IMG/VR virus record: IMGVR_UViG_3300048858_000024
Coordinates: 1 to 45,289 of that record
DNA: 45,289 nucleotides
Strand: one strand, 5' to 3'
DNA from: a virus
Lineage: Duplodnaviria; Caudoviricetes
The notes beneath the pieces were generated by a model. The model was not told the DNA's origin. It saw only the letters and a list, made by a program, of their open reading frames with translations, and did not search any database. A program made the translations under genes and the position numbers. Every line of letters starts with the position of its first letter. Positions within the stretch are counted from its first letter, which is position 1. Positions 8,610 to 17,359 of the stretch are shown piece after piece.

Positions 8610-9242
8610 TTAGAACGGAATGTCGTCATCGAGGTCGTCGCCGAACCCGCCGCCACCACTGTTCTGCTGGTAGATCACGACATCCTTGATCTGGTCGTCG
8701 ACCTTCTTGCGCAGCCACTCGGGCAGGTCATCATAGGCGCTGGCGTTGTCTTCGTCGTAGATCAGTAGGCCGATCGTGGACCGGGGCGGGTTATCCTTGA
8801 GCGCCTTAGGTAGCGGGGTGACGGCGGCGACGTTCGCGTAGGTCTTGCCGCCCTTCTCGACATGCGTGACGTTGACCATGCAGGGGACGCCAAGCAACTT
8901 CGAGATGTCAAAGCCGGCAAGCTCTTCACGAGTGAACGGACGTCCGCGCCAGCTTTCCAGATCGCCGCGCAAGGCCGCGTTCTCGTGCAGCGAGACCGTG
9001 TACGTCTTGCCGATGACCCTGGCGCCGGCCTGCTTGTTGCCGTCGCGATCGGTCCATTCCATCACCTCGTCTGGGGTTTCCCAGCGAATGTAGACCTGGT
9101 GCTTGATCTTCTCGCCGTACTGCTGCGAGACAGTGCGCTGCTTGCCGAGATCCGCGACCAAGTTGCAGACCGCTACGTGGTTGCCCTGCGGCATGGGGCT
9201 GAAGTCGCCGCCACCGCCATTGTCGGACGCCATGATTGCCAT
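8610..9242 (-). CDS. Phage replication/ssDNA-binding protein (NGO0469-like)
   Basis: YTVSLHENAALRGDLESWRGRPF, LLGVPCMVNV, KTYANV; SSB-type acidic tail DDLDDDIPF. Confidence 0.75.
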   Translation of the reverse strand: MAIMASDNGGGGDFSPMPQGNHVAVCNLVADLGKQRTVSQQYGEKIKHQVYIRWETPDEVMEWTDRDGNKQAGARVIGKTYTVSLHENAALRGDLESWRGRPFTREELAGFDISKLLGVPCMVNVTHVEKGGKTYANVAAVTPLPKALKDNPPRSTIGLLIYDEDNASAYDDLPEWLRKKVDDQIKDVVIYQQNSGGGGFGDDLDDDIPF

Positions 9243-9266
9243 TGTACTTTCTCCTAGGGGGTGGGG

Positions 9267-9938
9267 TTAAGCCGCCTGCTTCTCAGGGGTAATTTCAACG
9301 CCGGGCATCTCGCGCACGCCGGCTGCGACCTTCTGCCGCACCAGCTCGTTGAGCATGTCAGCCAGATCCTCGGGATAGCGTTCCTTGACGTGCTTCAGCA
9401 GCTCGCCCCGGCTGACGATGCGATGCGTCCAGCGGGTGCGCAGACCGATCGAGGTGCGATCCAACTTGTTCGCCACGGCGGTTAGCTTCTTCGCGCCCTT
9501 GAGCTTCTGCTCTGCCTCGAAGCGCTCTTCCATGTCGTCGGACGAGCGCAGAGCCTCCTGCGCCTCGCGCTGCTGCTGTTCCGCAGCTTCGCGTGCCTGC
9601 CGCGCTTCCTCGTCGCGAGCGCGCTGCTTGCCTTCCCGATAGGGCGTCAGCAGCCTCTTGATCTGGAGTGCTGCCATGTCGCAGCGATCGAGTAGCGGCT
9701 TCCACTTGGCCTGGACAGCTTTGGCAGCGTCATCGTGCGGCTTCTTCTCGGTGGCACGCTCGGTGTCGGCATCCTTCTTGGCCTGGCGTAGATCGTCCAG
9801 CAGCCCGTCGAGTACCTGCTCTGTCTCGTCATCTTCGACGGCGCTGGCTGTCGTGCCGTTCACCAAGGCGAACAGGTCTTCGATGTGAAGCGAGTGAGCT
9901 TCGAACGCGGGCGGGTTGTTGTGGCCGGCGCCGGTCAT
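9267..9938 (-). CDS. Hypothetical coiled-coil phage protein
   Basis: GHNNPP N-terminus, long helices, GVREMPGVEI C-terminus common in phage early regions. Confidence 0.75.
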   Translation of the reverse strand: MTGAGHNNPPAFEAHSLHIEDLFALVNGTTASAVEDDETEQVLDGLLDDLRQAKKDADTERATEKKPHDDAAKAVQAKWKPLLDRCDMAALQIKRLLTPYREGKQRARDEEARQAREAAEQQQREAQEALRSSDDMEERFEAEQKLKGAKKLTAVANKLDRTSIGLRTRWTHRIVSRGELLKHVKERYPEDLADMLNELVRQKVAAGVREMPGVEITPEKQAA

Positions 9939-10138
9939 GCCTGCCCCCGCGCATTGGCGAACGCCTCGCCTACGGTCTTGCCGCAGCCCATCTTGTCGCC
10001 GGTCAGGTAGACGTTGAAATTGTCGTCAAAGCGACCGATCCGCAGGATGCCATTGCCCTGCATGAAGGTGGTAAGGTCGAAGCCGTCGCGGCCATCATCG
10101 ACGATGGCGGGAGGGCGGATTTTCGTGATTGCTGTCAC
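9935..10138 (-). CDS. Hypothetical protein, first gene after PL1
   Basis: GTG start with GGAGA RBS downstream of the operators; the longer ORF-track start lies inside the promoter. Confidence 0.6.
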   Translation of the reverse strand: MTAITKIRPPAIVDDGRDGFDLTTFMQGNGILRIGRFDDNFNVYLTGDKMGCGKTVGEAFANARGQA

Positions 10139-10157
10139 GGGTGATCTCCAGAGGGCG

Positions 10158-10232
10158 ATGTGCCCTGCTGAAGCCGGTATGTGCCCTATCCGGGCATATG
10201 TCAACGTAAAAAGATGCCCGTGCTGGGCACAT
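10158..10232 (-). promoter_or_regulatory. Leftward promoter PL1 with OL operators
   Basis: ATGTGCCC-TATCC-GGGCATAT (10179-10199), AGATGCCC-GTGCT-GGGCACAT (10212-10232), half-site at 10158; minus-strand TTGACA-N17-CATACC. Confidence 0.8.
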
Positions 10233-10235
10233 TAT

Positions 10236-10619
10236 TCATTCGTCGTCGTACACCTCGTCCGGGTAGAAGTCCGGCTCGGGATCGCGGAACTGGTCGGGCG
10301 GAAGGTCCGGATCGTTCCCGTCGAAAGCCACACGGACCAAGCCGCCATTGCCCCTAAGCCCCTGGTAGATGGCCCGAACCTCTGCGCCTTGCCTGAATAG
10401 CTGAGCGATGCGCACAGCGCGCACAGAGGGAATGTAGCCGAGCTGTATGCCCCGGCAGGAGTAGACGGCGACGGCATGCTCATCAGCGGGATTGTCGGGC
10501 TCGGGCCGAAGCTCAATCGGCTCTCCGATGCGGCAAATCTCAAGCTCGAACCTGCGCCCCGGCCCTCGCTTATTGGGGTAGTCAACGCCGACGATCGGAA
10601 GAGTGATGTCGGGAACCAC
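10236..10619 (-). CDS. HIRAN-domain protein
   Basis: IVGVDY, LRPEPDNPADEHAVAV, QLGYIP signature. Confidence 0.85.
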   Translation of the reverse strand: MVPDITLPIVGVDYPNKRGPGRRFELEICRIGEPIELRPEPDNPADEHAVAVYSCRGIQLGYIPSVRAVRIAQLFRQGAEVRAIYQGLRGNGGLVRVAFDGNDPDLPPDQFRDPEPDFYPDEVYDDE

Positions 10620-10622
10620 GAC

Positions 10623-11282
10623 CTATAGCTCGCGGCCAATCCAGATCGCACGCCCCTCAATCGTCAGGTCCTGCAGATCAACTAGCATAGGGTCGAAGTC
10701 ATCCTTGTTCTCGGAGATGACTTCCACTTTGCCGCCCGGCGCCGGACGCAAGCGCTTGAGCCCATGTGCGCCATAGAGCGTGATCCAGTAATAGCCGTCG
10801 ATCCGAGTGAGGTTCCGCTCGGTTGTGTCTACCAGGATGCGGTCGCCCGTATAGAACTTCGGCTCCATGCTGTTGCCGATGCCTCGAACGATGCGAAGGC
10901 GATGGTACGGCGACCGGGTGATCGTCCGCAGCAAGCCGATGTCGAACTCGACAGGCTCGCTTTCTACGAACTCCTCGATCGGAGTGCCCGGCCCCATTGA
11001 AAGCGACAGATCCAAGGACACGATAGGCGTTGTTTCGCCTTCTGAGGCCCCTTTCACGGGCACCTGATCTGGCGCGAGATTGATGGGCACGGCAGAGTCG
11101 AGCAGCAGGTGCGGCTCCATGGCAAGCGCATTGCCAAGCTTCTCCAGCCAGACCGTATCGAGCTTGCGGTCTCCACGCTCGAGCTTGCCGAGCATGTTGA
11201 GCGTTGTTCCAATCCGATCAGCTAGGTCGCTCTGAGAGAGCCCAGCGCGCTTACGGTAATATGCGATGTTGTTGCCGGACAT
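10623..11282 (-). CDS. cI: CI-like repressor (XRE HTH + S24 peptidase)
   Basis: RKRAGLSQSDLADRIG...LERG HTH; GNSMEP (Ser) and LKRL (Lys); divergent from cro; start set at MSGNNIAY. Confidence 0.92.
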   Translation of the reverse strand: MSGNNIAYYRKRAGLSQSDLADRIGTTLNMLGKLERGDRKLDTVWLEKLGNALAMEPHLLLDSAVPINLAPDQVPVKGASEGETTPIVSLDLSLSMGPGTPIEEFVESEPVEFDIGLLRTITRSPYHRLRIVRGIGNSMEPKFYTGDRILVDTTERNLTRIDGYYWITLYGAHGLKRLRPAPGGKVEVISENKDDFDPMLVDLQDLTIEGRAIWIGREL

Positions 11283-11289
11283 AACGCCC

Positions 11290-11372
11290 ATGTGCCCAAC
11301 TAGGGCAGAGAACGATAGAGGACGGGTGGGGCACATTTGCCCCTTGCGCGATGTGCCCAGATAGGGCATATC
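11290..11372. promoter_or_regulatory. OR operators and PR
   Basis: ATGTGCCC-AACTA-GGGCAGAG (11290-11310), half-site GGGCACAT (11329-11336), ATGTGCCC-AGATA-GGGCATAT (11351-11371); TTGCGC-N17-CATATC ends 7 nt before the cro ATG, implying a leaderless mRNA. Confidence 0.8.
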
Positions 11373-11379
11373 AGGGCGC

Positions 11380-11586
11380 ATGAAACTGCTCGACTATCTC
11401 CAGGCCGAAAAGCTGCCTGTCTCGGAGTTCGCTGCGCGCGTCGGTGTAGCGGATAACACCATCCGCAAGATCGTCTACGGTCAACGCCAGCCCTCCTTGC
11501 CGCTCGCGGTGAAGATCAGCGAGGCGACGGGCGGCAAGACGCGGCCGAGCGACCTGATCGTCGAGCAGCGGGATGCAGCCGCATGA
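11380..11586 (+). CDS. cro: Cro-like HTH protein
   Basis: 68-aa HTH ([23 protein letters not shown]...ATGGKT), divergent from cI. Confidence 0.88.
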   Translation: MKLLDYLQAEKLPVSEFAARVGVADNTIRKIVYGQRQPSLPLAVKISEATGGKTRPSDLIVEQRDAAA

Positions 11587-11894
11587 TCGGCCTCACCCAT
11601 AAGCAGAGAGACTGCCTCTCCTTCATCCGTGCCTACATGGCCGAGCACGGCATTTGCCCCAGCTACCGGGAGATGCGGGAGGCTCTGGCCCTGAAGAGCA
11701 CCAGCGGCTCCGCGCGCTTGGTCCTGGCTCTGGAAGAACGAGGTCATATCCGCCGACTTCCTGGACGGGGCCGCGCGATCGAGATCGTCGAGCACAATCC
11801 GCTCGCTGACGTATCGACATCAGCGATTGTCAAAGAGCTTGTGCGTCGGCGCGACATGACTGCCGGGTCGATCGTTTCGGCGATCAACGCATGA
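11583..11894 (+). CDS. LexA DNA-binding-domain-only protein
   Basis: LTHKQ...PSYREM...[30 protein letters not shown] matches the alphaproteobacterial LexA N-terminus; no peptidase domain. Confidence 0.85.
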   Translation: MIGLTHKQRDCLSFIRAYMAEHGICPSYREMREALALKSTSGSARLVLALEERGHIRRLPGRGRAIEIVEHNPLADVSTSAIVKELVRRRDMTAGSIVSAINA

Positions 11895-12985
11895 GCGTCC
11901 AGATCCTCATCGGTGACGCACGCGAGCGCCTCAAGGAATTGCCGGCTGCAAGCATCGATTCCTGCGTCACCGATCCGCCCTATCATCTCACCAGCATCGT
12001 AAAACGCTTCGGCGCTGCCGATGCTGCGCCGGTCAAGGCAGGTAAGACCGGCGCTTATGCTCGCGCTTCGCGCGGCTTCATGGGCCAGACTTGGGATGGC
12101 GGCGACGTTGCCTTTCAGCCTGATACTTGGGCCGAAGTCTGGCGCGTTCTCAAGCCTGGCGCTCATCTGGTCGCCTTCTCGGGCACCCGCACTTATCATC
12201 GTATGGCCTGCGCCATCGAAGATGCTGGCTTTGAGATCCGCGATCAACTCGCGTGGGTCTACGGTTCCGGCTTCCCCAAGTCGCACAATCAAGCTGGTGG
12301 ATGGGGTACCGCGCTCAAGCCCGCTTGGGAGCCGATCGCCTTCGCCCGCAAGCCGTTGGCCGGGACTGTCGCCGCGAACATGGCTGTCCACGGTACCGGC
12401 GCGATCAACATCGACGGCTGCCGGATCGACGCAACGGACAATAAGACGTTCGCTCGTGACGCGGGCGATCGATCGCGCGAGCAGTATCGCACTGGCACGA
12501 CGATCGGTGGCGCGATTCCGACTGACCAGGGACGCTGGCCCGCCAACATCATTCATGATGGCAGCGCAGAAGTGCTCGCCGCTTTCCCTACCGTCGCATC
12601 CGGCACGCCCTCTGGCATCAAGGCCGGTGGCAGCAAGAACGTCTACGGCGACTTCGCGGGCGGTATCCCCGTCACTGGATACGGCGATGAAGGTTCGGCA
12701 GCGCGGTTCTTCTACTGTGCCAAGGCCACCAGCGAAGAGCGCGGCGAAGGCAACACGCATCCGACCGTCAAGCCAATCGAGCTGATGCGCTGGCTCTGCC
12801 GCCTCGTCACCCCCGCTGGCGGCACCGTACTCGATCCATTCACCGGCTCCGGCTCCACTCTGGTCGCCGCCGATATGGAGCAGTTCAGTGCGATCGGCTG
12901 CGAGCTGTCGGCTGACTTCGCCGCGATTGCTGAACGCCGCGTCCGCGCCTCTGCCGGCATGTTCGCTCAAGTGGAGGCTGCATAA
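11891..12985 (+). CDS. Orphan DNA methyltransferase (beta class, N6A/N4C)
   Basis: TDPPY precedes HPTVKP and [10 protein letters not shown]. Confidence 0.92.
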   Translation: MSVQILIGDARERLKELPAASIDSCVTDPPYHLTSIVKRFGAADAAPVKAGKTGAYARASRGFMGQTWDGGDVAFQPDTWAEVWRVLKPGAHLVAFSGTRTYHRMACAIEDAGFEIRDQLAWVYGSGFPKSHNQAGGWGTALKPAWEPIAFARKPLAGTVAANMAVHGTGAINIDGCRIDATDNKTFARDAGDRSREQYRTGTTIGGAIPTDQGRWPANIIHDGSAEVLAAFPTVASGTPSGIKAGGSKNVYGDFAGGIPVTGYGDEGSAARFFYCAKATSEERGEGNTHPTVKPIELMRWLCRLVTPAGGTVLDPFTGSGSTLVAADMEQFSAIGCELSADFAAIAERRVRASAGMFAQVEAA

Positions 12986-13237
12986 ATGCCCCACACTGAC
13001 GCCATCATCCTCGCTCGCAAGATCGGCCTCGGCCCAATCGGCAGCGCCAAGATCAACGAACTGAGCCCGTCCGCCGACAACCCGGCGAGCGATCTCACCG
13101 AAACAACGCGCGTCTTCTGCTTGGAGCGCGCCCGCGTCGGCAGCCCTGTCGACCCAACTGCGCCGGCGACGACCAATTGCCCCCCGCTCGTCGCCGGCAT
13201 CTTCTCTGATTTCCCTGTTCATGGACACGATCAATGA
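12986..13237 (+). CDS. Possible hypothetical protein
   Basis: Abuts MTase stop and is ATGA-coupled downstream, but contains a terminator-like hairpin. Confidence 0.35.
   Translation: MPHTDAIILARKIGLGPIGSAKINELSPSADNPASDLTETTRVFCLERARVGSPVDPTAPATTNCPPLVAGIFSDFPVHGHDQ
13162..13207 (+). terminator. tR1-like hairpin
   Basis: 11-bp stem GCCGGCGACGA/TCGTCGCCGGC followed by a pyrimidine-rich tract. Confidence 0.45.
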
Positions 13238-13776
13238 CGCACCGCAGCAATAACGTCGTTCCCGTTGTGCAGCCGCTAACGGAAGAGGAGTTCCAACTTA
13301 ACTGGCTCGCGACCGTCTCGCGCCTTTGCCTCCTTCACGGTGACGGCAAGGTCGCGCAGTGGCTCGGCGTCTCTCTGCGCCACCTTCGCAACGTCAAGGC
13401 TGGCACTTCGATGCCGACCGCGGACAAGGTGTGGAACCTGCTGGCCTACGACCAGTCGGCACATGACGAACTGGACGGCGCCTTCGGTGTGAAGAACGTG
13501 GATGCCAATAGCGTCTGCACCACCGACCCAATGACGCTCGACATGATCGCGGTGGCCCACGAGGTCGCGGAGCACGAGAACCCGCAGAGCCACGGCGGCA
13601 TCAACACGACCGATCACGAACTGCGCCAGAAGGACGAGGCTCGCCTGCGCCGCGTCCACCGGGTCGTCGGCACTTGGCTCCACCGCCTCGACACGATGCG
13701 CGGTGTTGCCCGCTTCCCTGACCGCTCTGCCGCGCGCGCCAAGCTTCACACGATTGGCGGCGCCAGCTCGCTCTAA
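13234..13776 (+). CDS. HTH regulator in CII position
   Basis: KVAQWLGVSLRHLRNVKAGTSMP HTH; SHGG motif; CII role is positional inference. Confidence 0.65.
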   Translation: MTHRSNNVVPVVQPLTEEEFQLNWLATVSRLCLLHGDGKVAQWLGVSLRHLRNVKAGTSMPTADKVWNLLAYDQSAHDELDGAFGVKNVDANSVCTTDPMTLDMIAVAHEVAEHENPQSHGGINTTDHELRQKDEARLRRVHRVVGTWLHRLDTMRGVARFPDRSAARAKLHTIGGASSL

Positions 13777-13797
13777 TCCCCCTGAAAGGACAATCCC

Positions 13798-14034
13798 ATG
13801 GCCGAGAACACCGATGACCGCCTTCGCCTTCTGATCGAACGAGTGGAGCGCCTTGAGGAAGAGAAGAAGGGCATCAGCGACGACATCAGGGATGTGTACC
13901 TGGAGGCGAAAGCCGTTGGGTACGACGCCGGCATCATGCGCCAGATTGTCCGCCTGCGGAAGATGAACCCCGAAGATCGCGCCGAGATGAACATGCTGCT
14001 CGACGTGTACAAGTCGGCCTTGGGGCTCGGCTGA
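13798..14034 (+). CDS. gapR: GapR/DUF2312 family nucleoid-associated protein
   Basis: LRLLIERVERLEEEKKGISDDIRDVYLEAKAVGYD..IMRQIVRLRK. Confidence 0.93.
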   Translation: MAENTDDRLRLLIERVERLEEEKKGISDDIRDVYLEAKAVGYDAGIMRQIVRLRKMNPEDRAEMNMLLDVYKSALGLG

Positions 14035-14213
14035 TGCTCTGGCCCTTCACCAAGCGCAAGCAGCCGACAGCGAGTGATGCAGCGCGCATCCTCGCCGCGG
14101 CGCGCGGTCAGAACTATCGCGAGATGAAGCGCGCGATGGCCAACCAGATGCGTGCCGACATGCGCGCTAAGGGCACCGCTGATCTCCCGCCTATCGACTG
14201 GAGTGCGCTGTGA
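14034..14213 (+). CDS. Hypothetical protein (59 aa, not in ORF track)
   Basis: MLWPFTKRKQPTASDAARIL...PIDWSAL; TGATG overlaps at both ends. Confidence 0.65.
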   Translation: MLWPFTKRKQPTASDAARILAAARGQNYREMKRAMANQMRADMRAKGTADLPPIDWSAL

Positions 14214-14782
14214 TGCGCCCCTGCATCGCTGACATGGTGACGATCGCCGCCCGCTTGTCGAGGACGTCTGAGTCTGACGTCGTTGGTGAGCGCAGGTTCG
14301 CCTACCTCTGTGCCATCCGTTACGCCGTGTACGCCACCGCTCGCGAGTGGGACTATTCGTACCCTGCCATCGGTAGGCTGGTCGGCAATCGTGACCACTC
14401 CAGCGTCATCAACAGCATCCAATCTCGCGAGCGGTTGGCGCTCCAGTTCAAGAACTTTGATCTGTTCTGCGCGGAAGTCTCGCGCTGGGCTGACGAGCTA
14501 CCGCCCTTCGTGAAGGACACTGGATGGAAACCACCTCGCACGTTCCGGCTCGCGGTGAGCGAAGCTGCGCGGCTTAAGCGGGACCGTGAGAATGCGCAGC
14601 GGGCAAAGGCTCGCAAGCAGCGGATCGCGATTAAGCGCAGTAAGCCACCCCAGCTAATCGCCGCCGCTCCCACACCATCTGCGATCGAGCAGGCGCCCGA
14701 CGCGCAATACATGCGCATGGTCAACGGCGGCATCGCCCGAGGCTCGGCTAGCCTCCTCAAAGCACTGAGAAAGGCTGCATGA
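14213..14782 (+). CDS. DnaA C-terminal-like HTH protein
   Basis: SYPAIGRLVGNRDHSSVINS matches the DnaA domain IV motif. Confidence 0.8.
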   Translation: MRPCIADMVTIAARLSRTSESDVVGERRFAYLCAIRYAVYATAREWDYSYPAIGRLVGNRDHSSVINSIQSRERLALQFKNFDLFCAEVSRWADELPPFVKDTGWKPPRTFRLAVSEAARLKRDRENAQRAKARKQRIAIKRSKPPQLIAAAPTPSAIEQAPDAQYMRMVNGGIARGSASLLKALRKAA

Positions 14783-15114
14783 TCACGCTGCCGTTCCCTC
14801 CATCCAGCCTCTCGGGGCACGCCAAGGGCAAGCACTTCTACGCGAAGGCTCGCACCACTGCGCAATGGCGTCAGTGGGCCTACCAGGCTGCGCTGGCGGC
14901 GAAGGCAACGGCACCTGATGCGGGCGACATCCGCATCCATGTCCGCTTCATCCCGAGTAACCGCCGCGGCGATCGAGTGAACTTCCCCAACCGCATGAAG
15001 CCGGTGTTCGATGGCATCGCCGACGCTCTCAAGGTCAACGATAGTCGGTTCTTGCCTTCGTACGAGTTCTGCGAGCCCGAGGCTCCGGGGCGTGTCGAGG
15101 TGACCTTCCCGTGA
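14779..15114 (+). CDS. RusA-like endonuclease
   Basis: LPFPPS, RRGDRVN..NRMK..FDGIADALKVNDSRF, GRVEV. Confidence 0.8.
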   Translation: MITLPFPPSSLSGHAKGKHFYAKARTTAQWRQWAYQAALAAKATAPDAGDIRIHVRFIPSNRRGDRVNFPNRMKPVFDGIADALKVNDSRFLPSYEFCEPEAPGRVEVTFP

Positions 15115-15815
15115 GCATCATCGCCACAGCCGTAAAGCATCTGCTCGCCGCCGGCGTGACTGGTGACGCGCTTGTGGCGGCTATCGCCGAGATGGAAGAG
15201 CAGGTCCGTGCCGAGCCTAAGCCCCGCAGCGCCGGAGCTATACGCCAGGCGCGGTACGAGGATCGTAGGCGTCAGAAGGCGTCAGAAATGACGGAAACTG
15301 ACGCCTCTGACGCGGTGGGTTCCCTTTCCCTCCTCCCCAATGAGAATAAATCTAACCCTACCACCCATACCCTCCCGGAGAGAGACACCCCGCGTACGTG
15401 CGAGGCTCGTCCGGTTTCTGACGACTGCGCCGCGGTGATGGCGAGTTGGAACGAGATGGCTTCGGCCACCAGCCTCCCTGCCTGCCAAAAGCTCAGCCCT
15501 GCTCGCCGCAAGGCCTGCCAAGCCCGGCTGCGGGACGATGGCCTCGCCGCGATCCAGCAAGCGATCCAGCGAGTGCCGGACAGCGCATTCCTCCGCGGCG
15601 AGACCGGAAGCTGGTCTGGCGCGAACATAGATTTTCTCCTCCGCCCCGACACCGTGACCAAGATCCTGGAAGGCAAGTACGATGACCGACCTGTCCAACC
15701 CGCCACGAGTACCCGGGACGCTTGGCGAGGTGCTTCCCGCGTTGTCGACAACCGCGATGGCTTCACCCGGGCAATCGACGAACTCGCATTCGGCGCTGGC
15801 GGTTCGCCTCACTGA
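15111..15815 (+). CDS. Putative replication initiator (O-like)
   Basis: Internal iteron-like repeats; C-terminal FLRG...ANIDFLLR....KILEGKY domain of phage replication proteins. Confidence 0.65.
   Translation: MSIIATAVKHLLAAGVTGDALVAAIAEMEEQVRAEPKPRSAGAIRQARYEDRRRQKASEMTETDASDAVGSLSLLPNENKSNPTTHTLPERDTPRTCEARPVSDDCAAVMASWNEMASATSLPACQKLSPARRKACQARLRDDGLAAIQQAIQRVPDSAFLRGETGSWSGANIDFLLRPDTVTKILEGKYDDRPVQPATSTRDAWRGASRVVDNRDGFTRAIDELAFGAGGSPH
15267..15360. other. Candidate replication origin
   Basis: AGGCGTCAGA x2 direct, CTGACGC x2 inverted, then a pyrimidine tract and AATGAGAATAAATCTAA. Confidence 0.55.
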
Positions 15816-16437
15816 CAGCCAGCTTGCTGCTGCCGAGGCCCTCGCCGCCGCGCCGCTTCCCGCGTTGGTCGCCGCTGACACGCAGTTCTTCGCGCAGTGC
15901 CTTCGCCTGCTCGACACCTTACCGCGCCGGAAGGATGACGATGTGGGCGGGCAGCTACGAGTCCGCGCTTACGAGCTGGCGATCGGCAAGCGCTCGAAGG
16001 TCGAACTCGAGTTCATGGTCACCGAGGCTCTGCGCAACAGCAAGTTCTTCCCCAGCACCTCGGAGTGCGTGGAGATCCTGTCGCGCTGGTCGCGAGATGA
16101 CGAGGCCGTGAAGGAGCGCAACCGCGCTGAGACGGCTGCCCGCCATGAGCGCCAGGCCCGCTTCGATGACGTCATGCGCCGGCTGTCCCGCGGCGAGTGC
16201 GATCAGGCCGCGATCGACGCATTGCCCTACCGCTGGAAGACCATGGCCGAGACTTACGGCTACTTGCGCTGTGATGAGGATGGGCGCTTCGTTCTGCGCT
16301 CGATTGCCCCCTCAGCAGAGCCCGAGAAGCCAGCGCGCCGTGCGCCCCGATGCCGTGGCTGCCAGGACGTAGGTCGCATCCTGACGCTTGAGGGCGAGGA
16401 AGCCGATTGCCCCGCTTGCGCCATGGTGCCGGCATGA
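15682..16437 (+). CDS. Replication-module protein (P/loader position) with C-terminal Zn finger
   Basis: KFFPSTSEC motif; CRGC...CPAC; start uncertain. Confidence 0.6.
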   Translation: MTDLSNPPRVPGTLGEVLPALSTTAMASPGQSTNSHSALAVRLTDSQLAAAEALAAAPLPALVAADTQFFAQCLRLLDTLPRRKDDDVGGQLRVRAYELAIGKRSKVELEFMVTEALRNSKFFPSTSECVEILSRWSRDDEAVKERNRAETAARHERQARFDDVMRRLSRGECDQAAIDALPYRWKTMAETYGYLRCDEDGRFVLRSIAPSAEPEKPARRAPRCRGCQDVGRILTLEGEEADCPACAMVPA

Positions 16438-16468
16438 CGCGGCTTGATAGCACGAAGGAGCGCGGCTG

Positions 16469-16873
16469 ATGTACAAGGCAACGGCATCCGGCCTTCGCCG
16501 TGCAACGGGCGTCCACAAGATCACTCCTGTGGCGGTTGCGGTGGAAGAGGATCTGATCCCGACCGCTGCGAACATGACCATGCGGCAGGTCCAGGAAGAG
16601 CGGCAGAAGCTCACCATGGAGATGGTCCGCACGGATCAGGAAATCGCGGTCGCTCGCCGAGAAGGCGACCTCAATCTGGTGAAGTTTCTGGGCAGCCGCA
16701 GGGCAGCGCTACAGTCGCGCATGTCTCTGATGCACCAGCGCCGGCTACAGCTCGTGCAGGACGCTGAGTACCCGTCTTTCAGGGCGGCGGTGAAGGAGAT
16801 CGTGCCAGAAGAGATGCTGCAGGCGATCTACAAGCGGCACACTCAGCTCCGAGATCAGGAGGTCGGCGCATGA
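16469..16873 (+). CDS. Hypothetical protein
   Basis: AAGGAG RBS; in operon. Confidence 0.65.
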   Translation: MYKATASGLRRATGVHKITPVAVAVEEDLIPTAANMTMRQVQEERQKLTMEMVRTDQEIAVARREGDLNLVKFLGSRRAALQSRMSLMHQRRLQLVQDAEYPSFRAAVKEIVPEEMLQAIYKRHTQLRDQEVGA

Positions 16874-17005
16874 CGCGACCTGCGAAAGCGATCGAAGCCC
16901 GAAGGGCGGCGACCTTGGGCGCCGTTCACGAGAGCGCGTCCGCGCCAGCGGTTCGCCCAGAACATGTGGCCCAACCAGGTCTGTACCGAGAGAGGAGAAG
17001 CGCGA

Positions 17006-17359
17006 ATGGCTGACATCGCATACGTGAAGGCACTGTTCCGGGTGAAGAAGGCCCTGATGCGCGCTAGGGAGGAATACCCCATCCTTGCCGCTCCTGATGG
17101 CACTGTCACCGTCAGCATCGTCGATCTCGCTTGCGTGCTTGAGCAGATGGACGGAATGCGGAACACGCTGGCCTTGAGCGGCTCGTCATGGCGCGAACGC
17201 TGGAACGGTTCACCTCCGCAACGGGGCTCGTCGATCGAGACGGACGAAGGTGCATTGGTCGCATACCTTGGCGGCGACGAGGACACGCATGCGGCGGCAG
17301 GCCAGATCGTACTGGCCCACAATGCTGCCATGCGGGCTATCTCGGACACCCCCGCATGA
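17006..17359 (+). CDS. Hypothetical protein
   Basis: GAGGAG RBS before MADIAY. Confidence 0.6.
   Translation: MADIAYVKALFRVKKALMRAREEYPILAAPDGTVTVSIVDLACVLEQMDGMRNTLALSGSSWRERWNGSPPQRGSSIETDEGALVAYLGGDEDTHAAAGQIVLAHNAAMRAISDTPA

Noticed and set aside
6516-11371. TGCCC/GGGCA repeats as CRISPR or REP elements
   Set aside because: Palindromic, clustered only at promoters, no repeat-spacer periodicity, no cas genes
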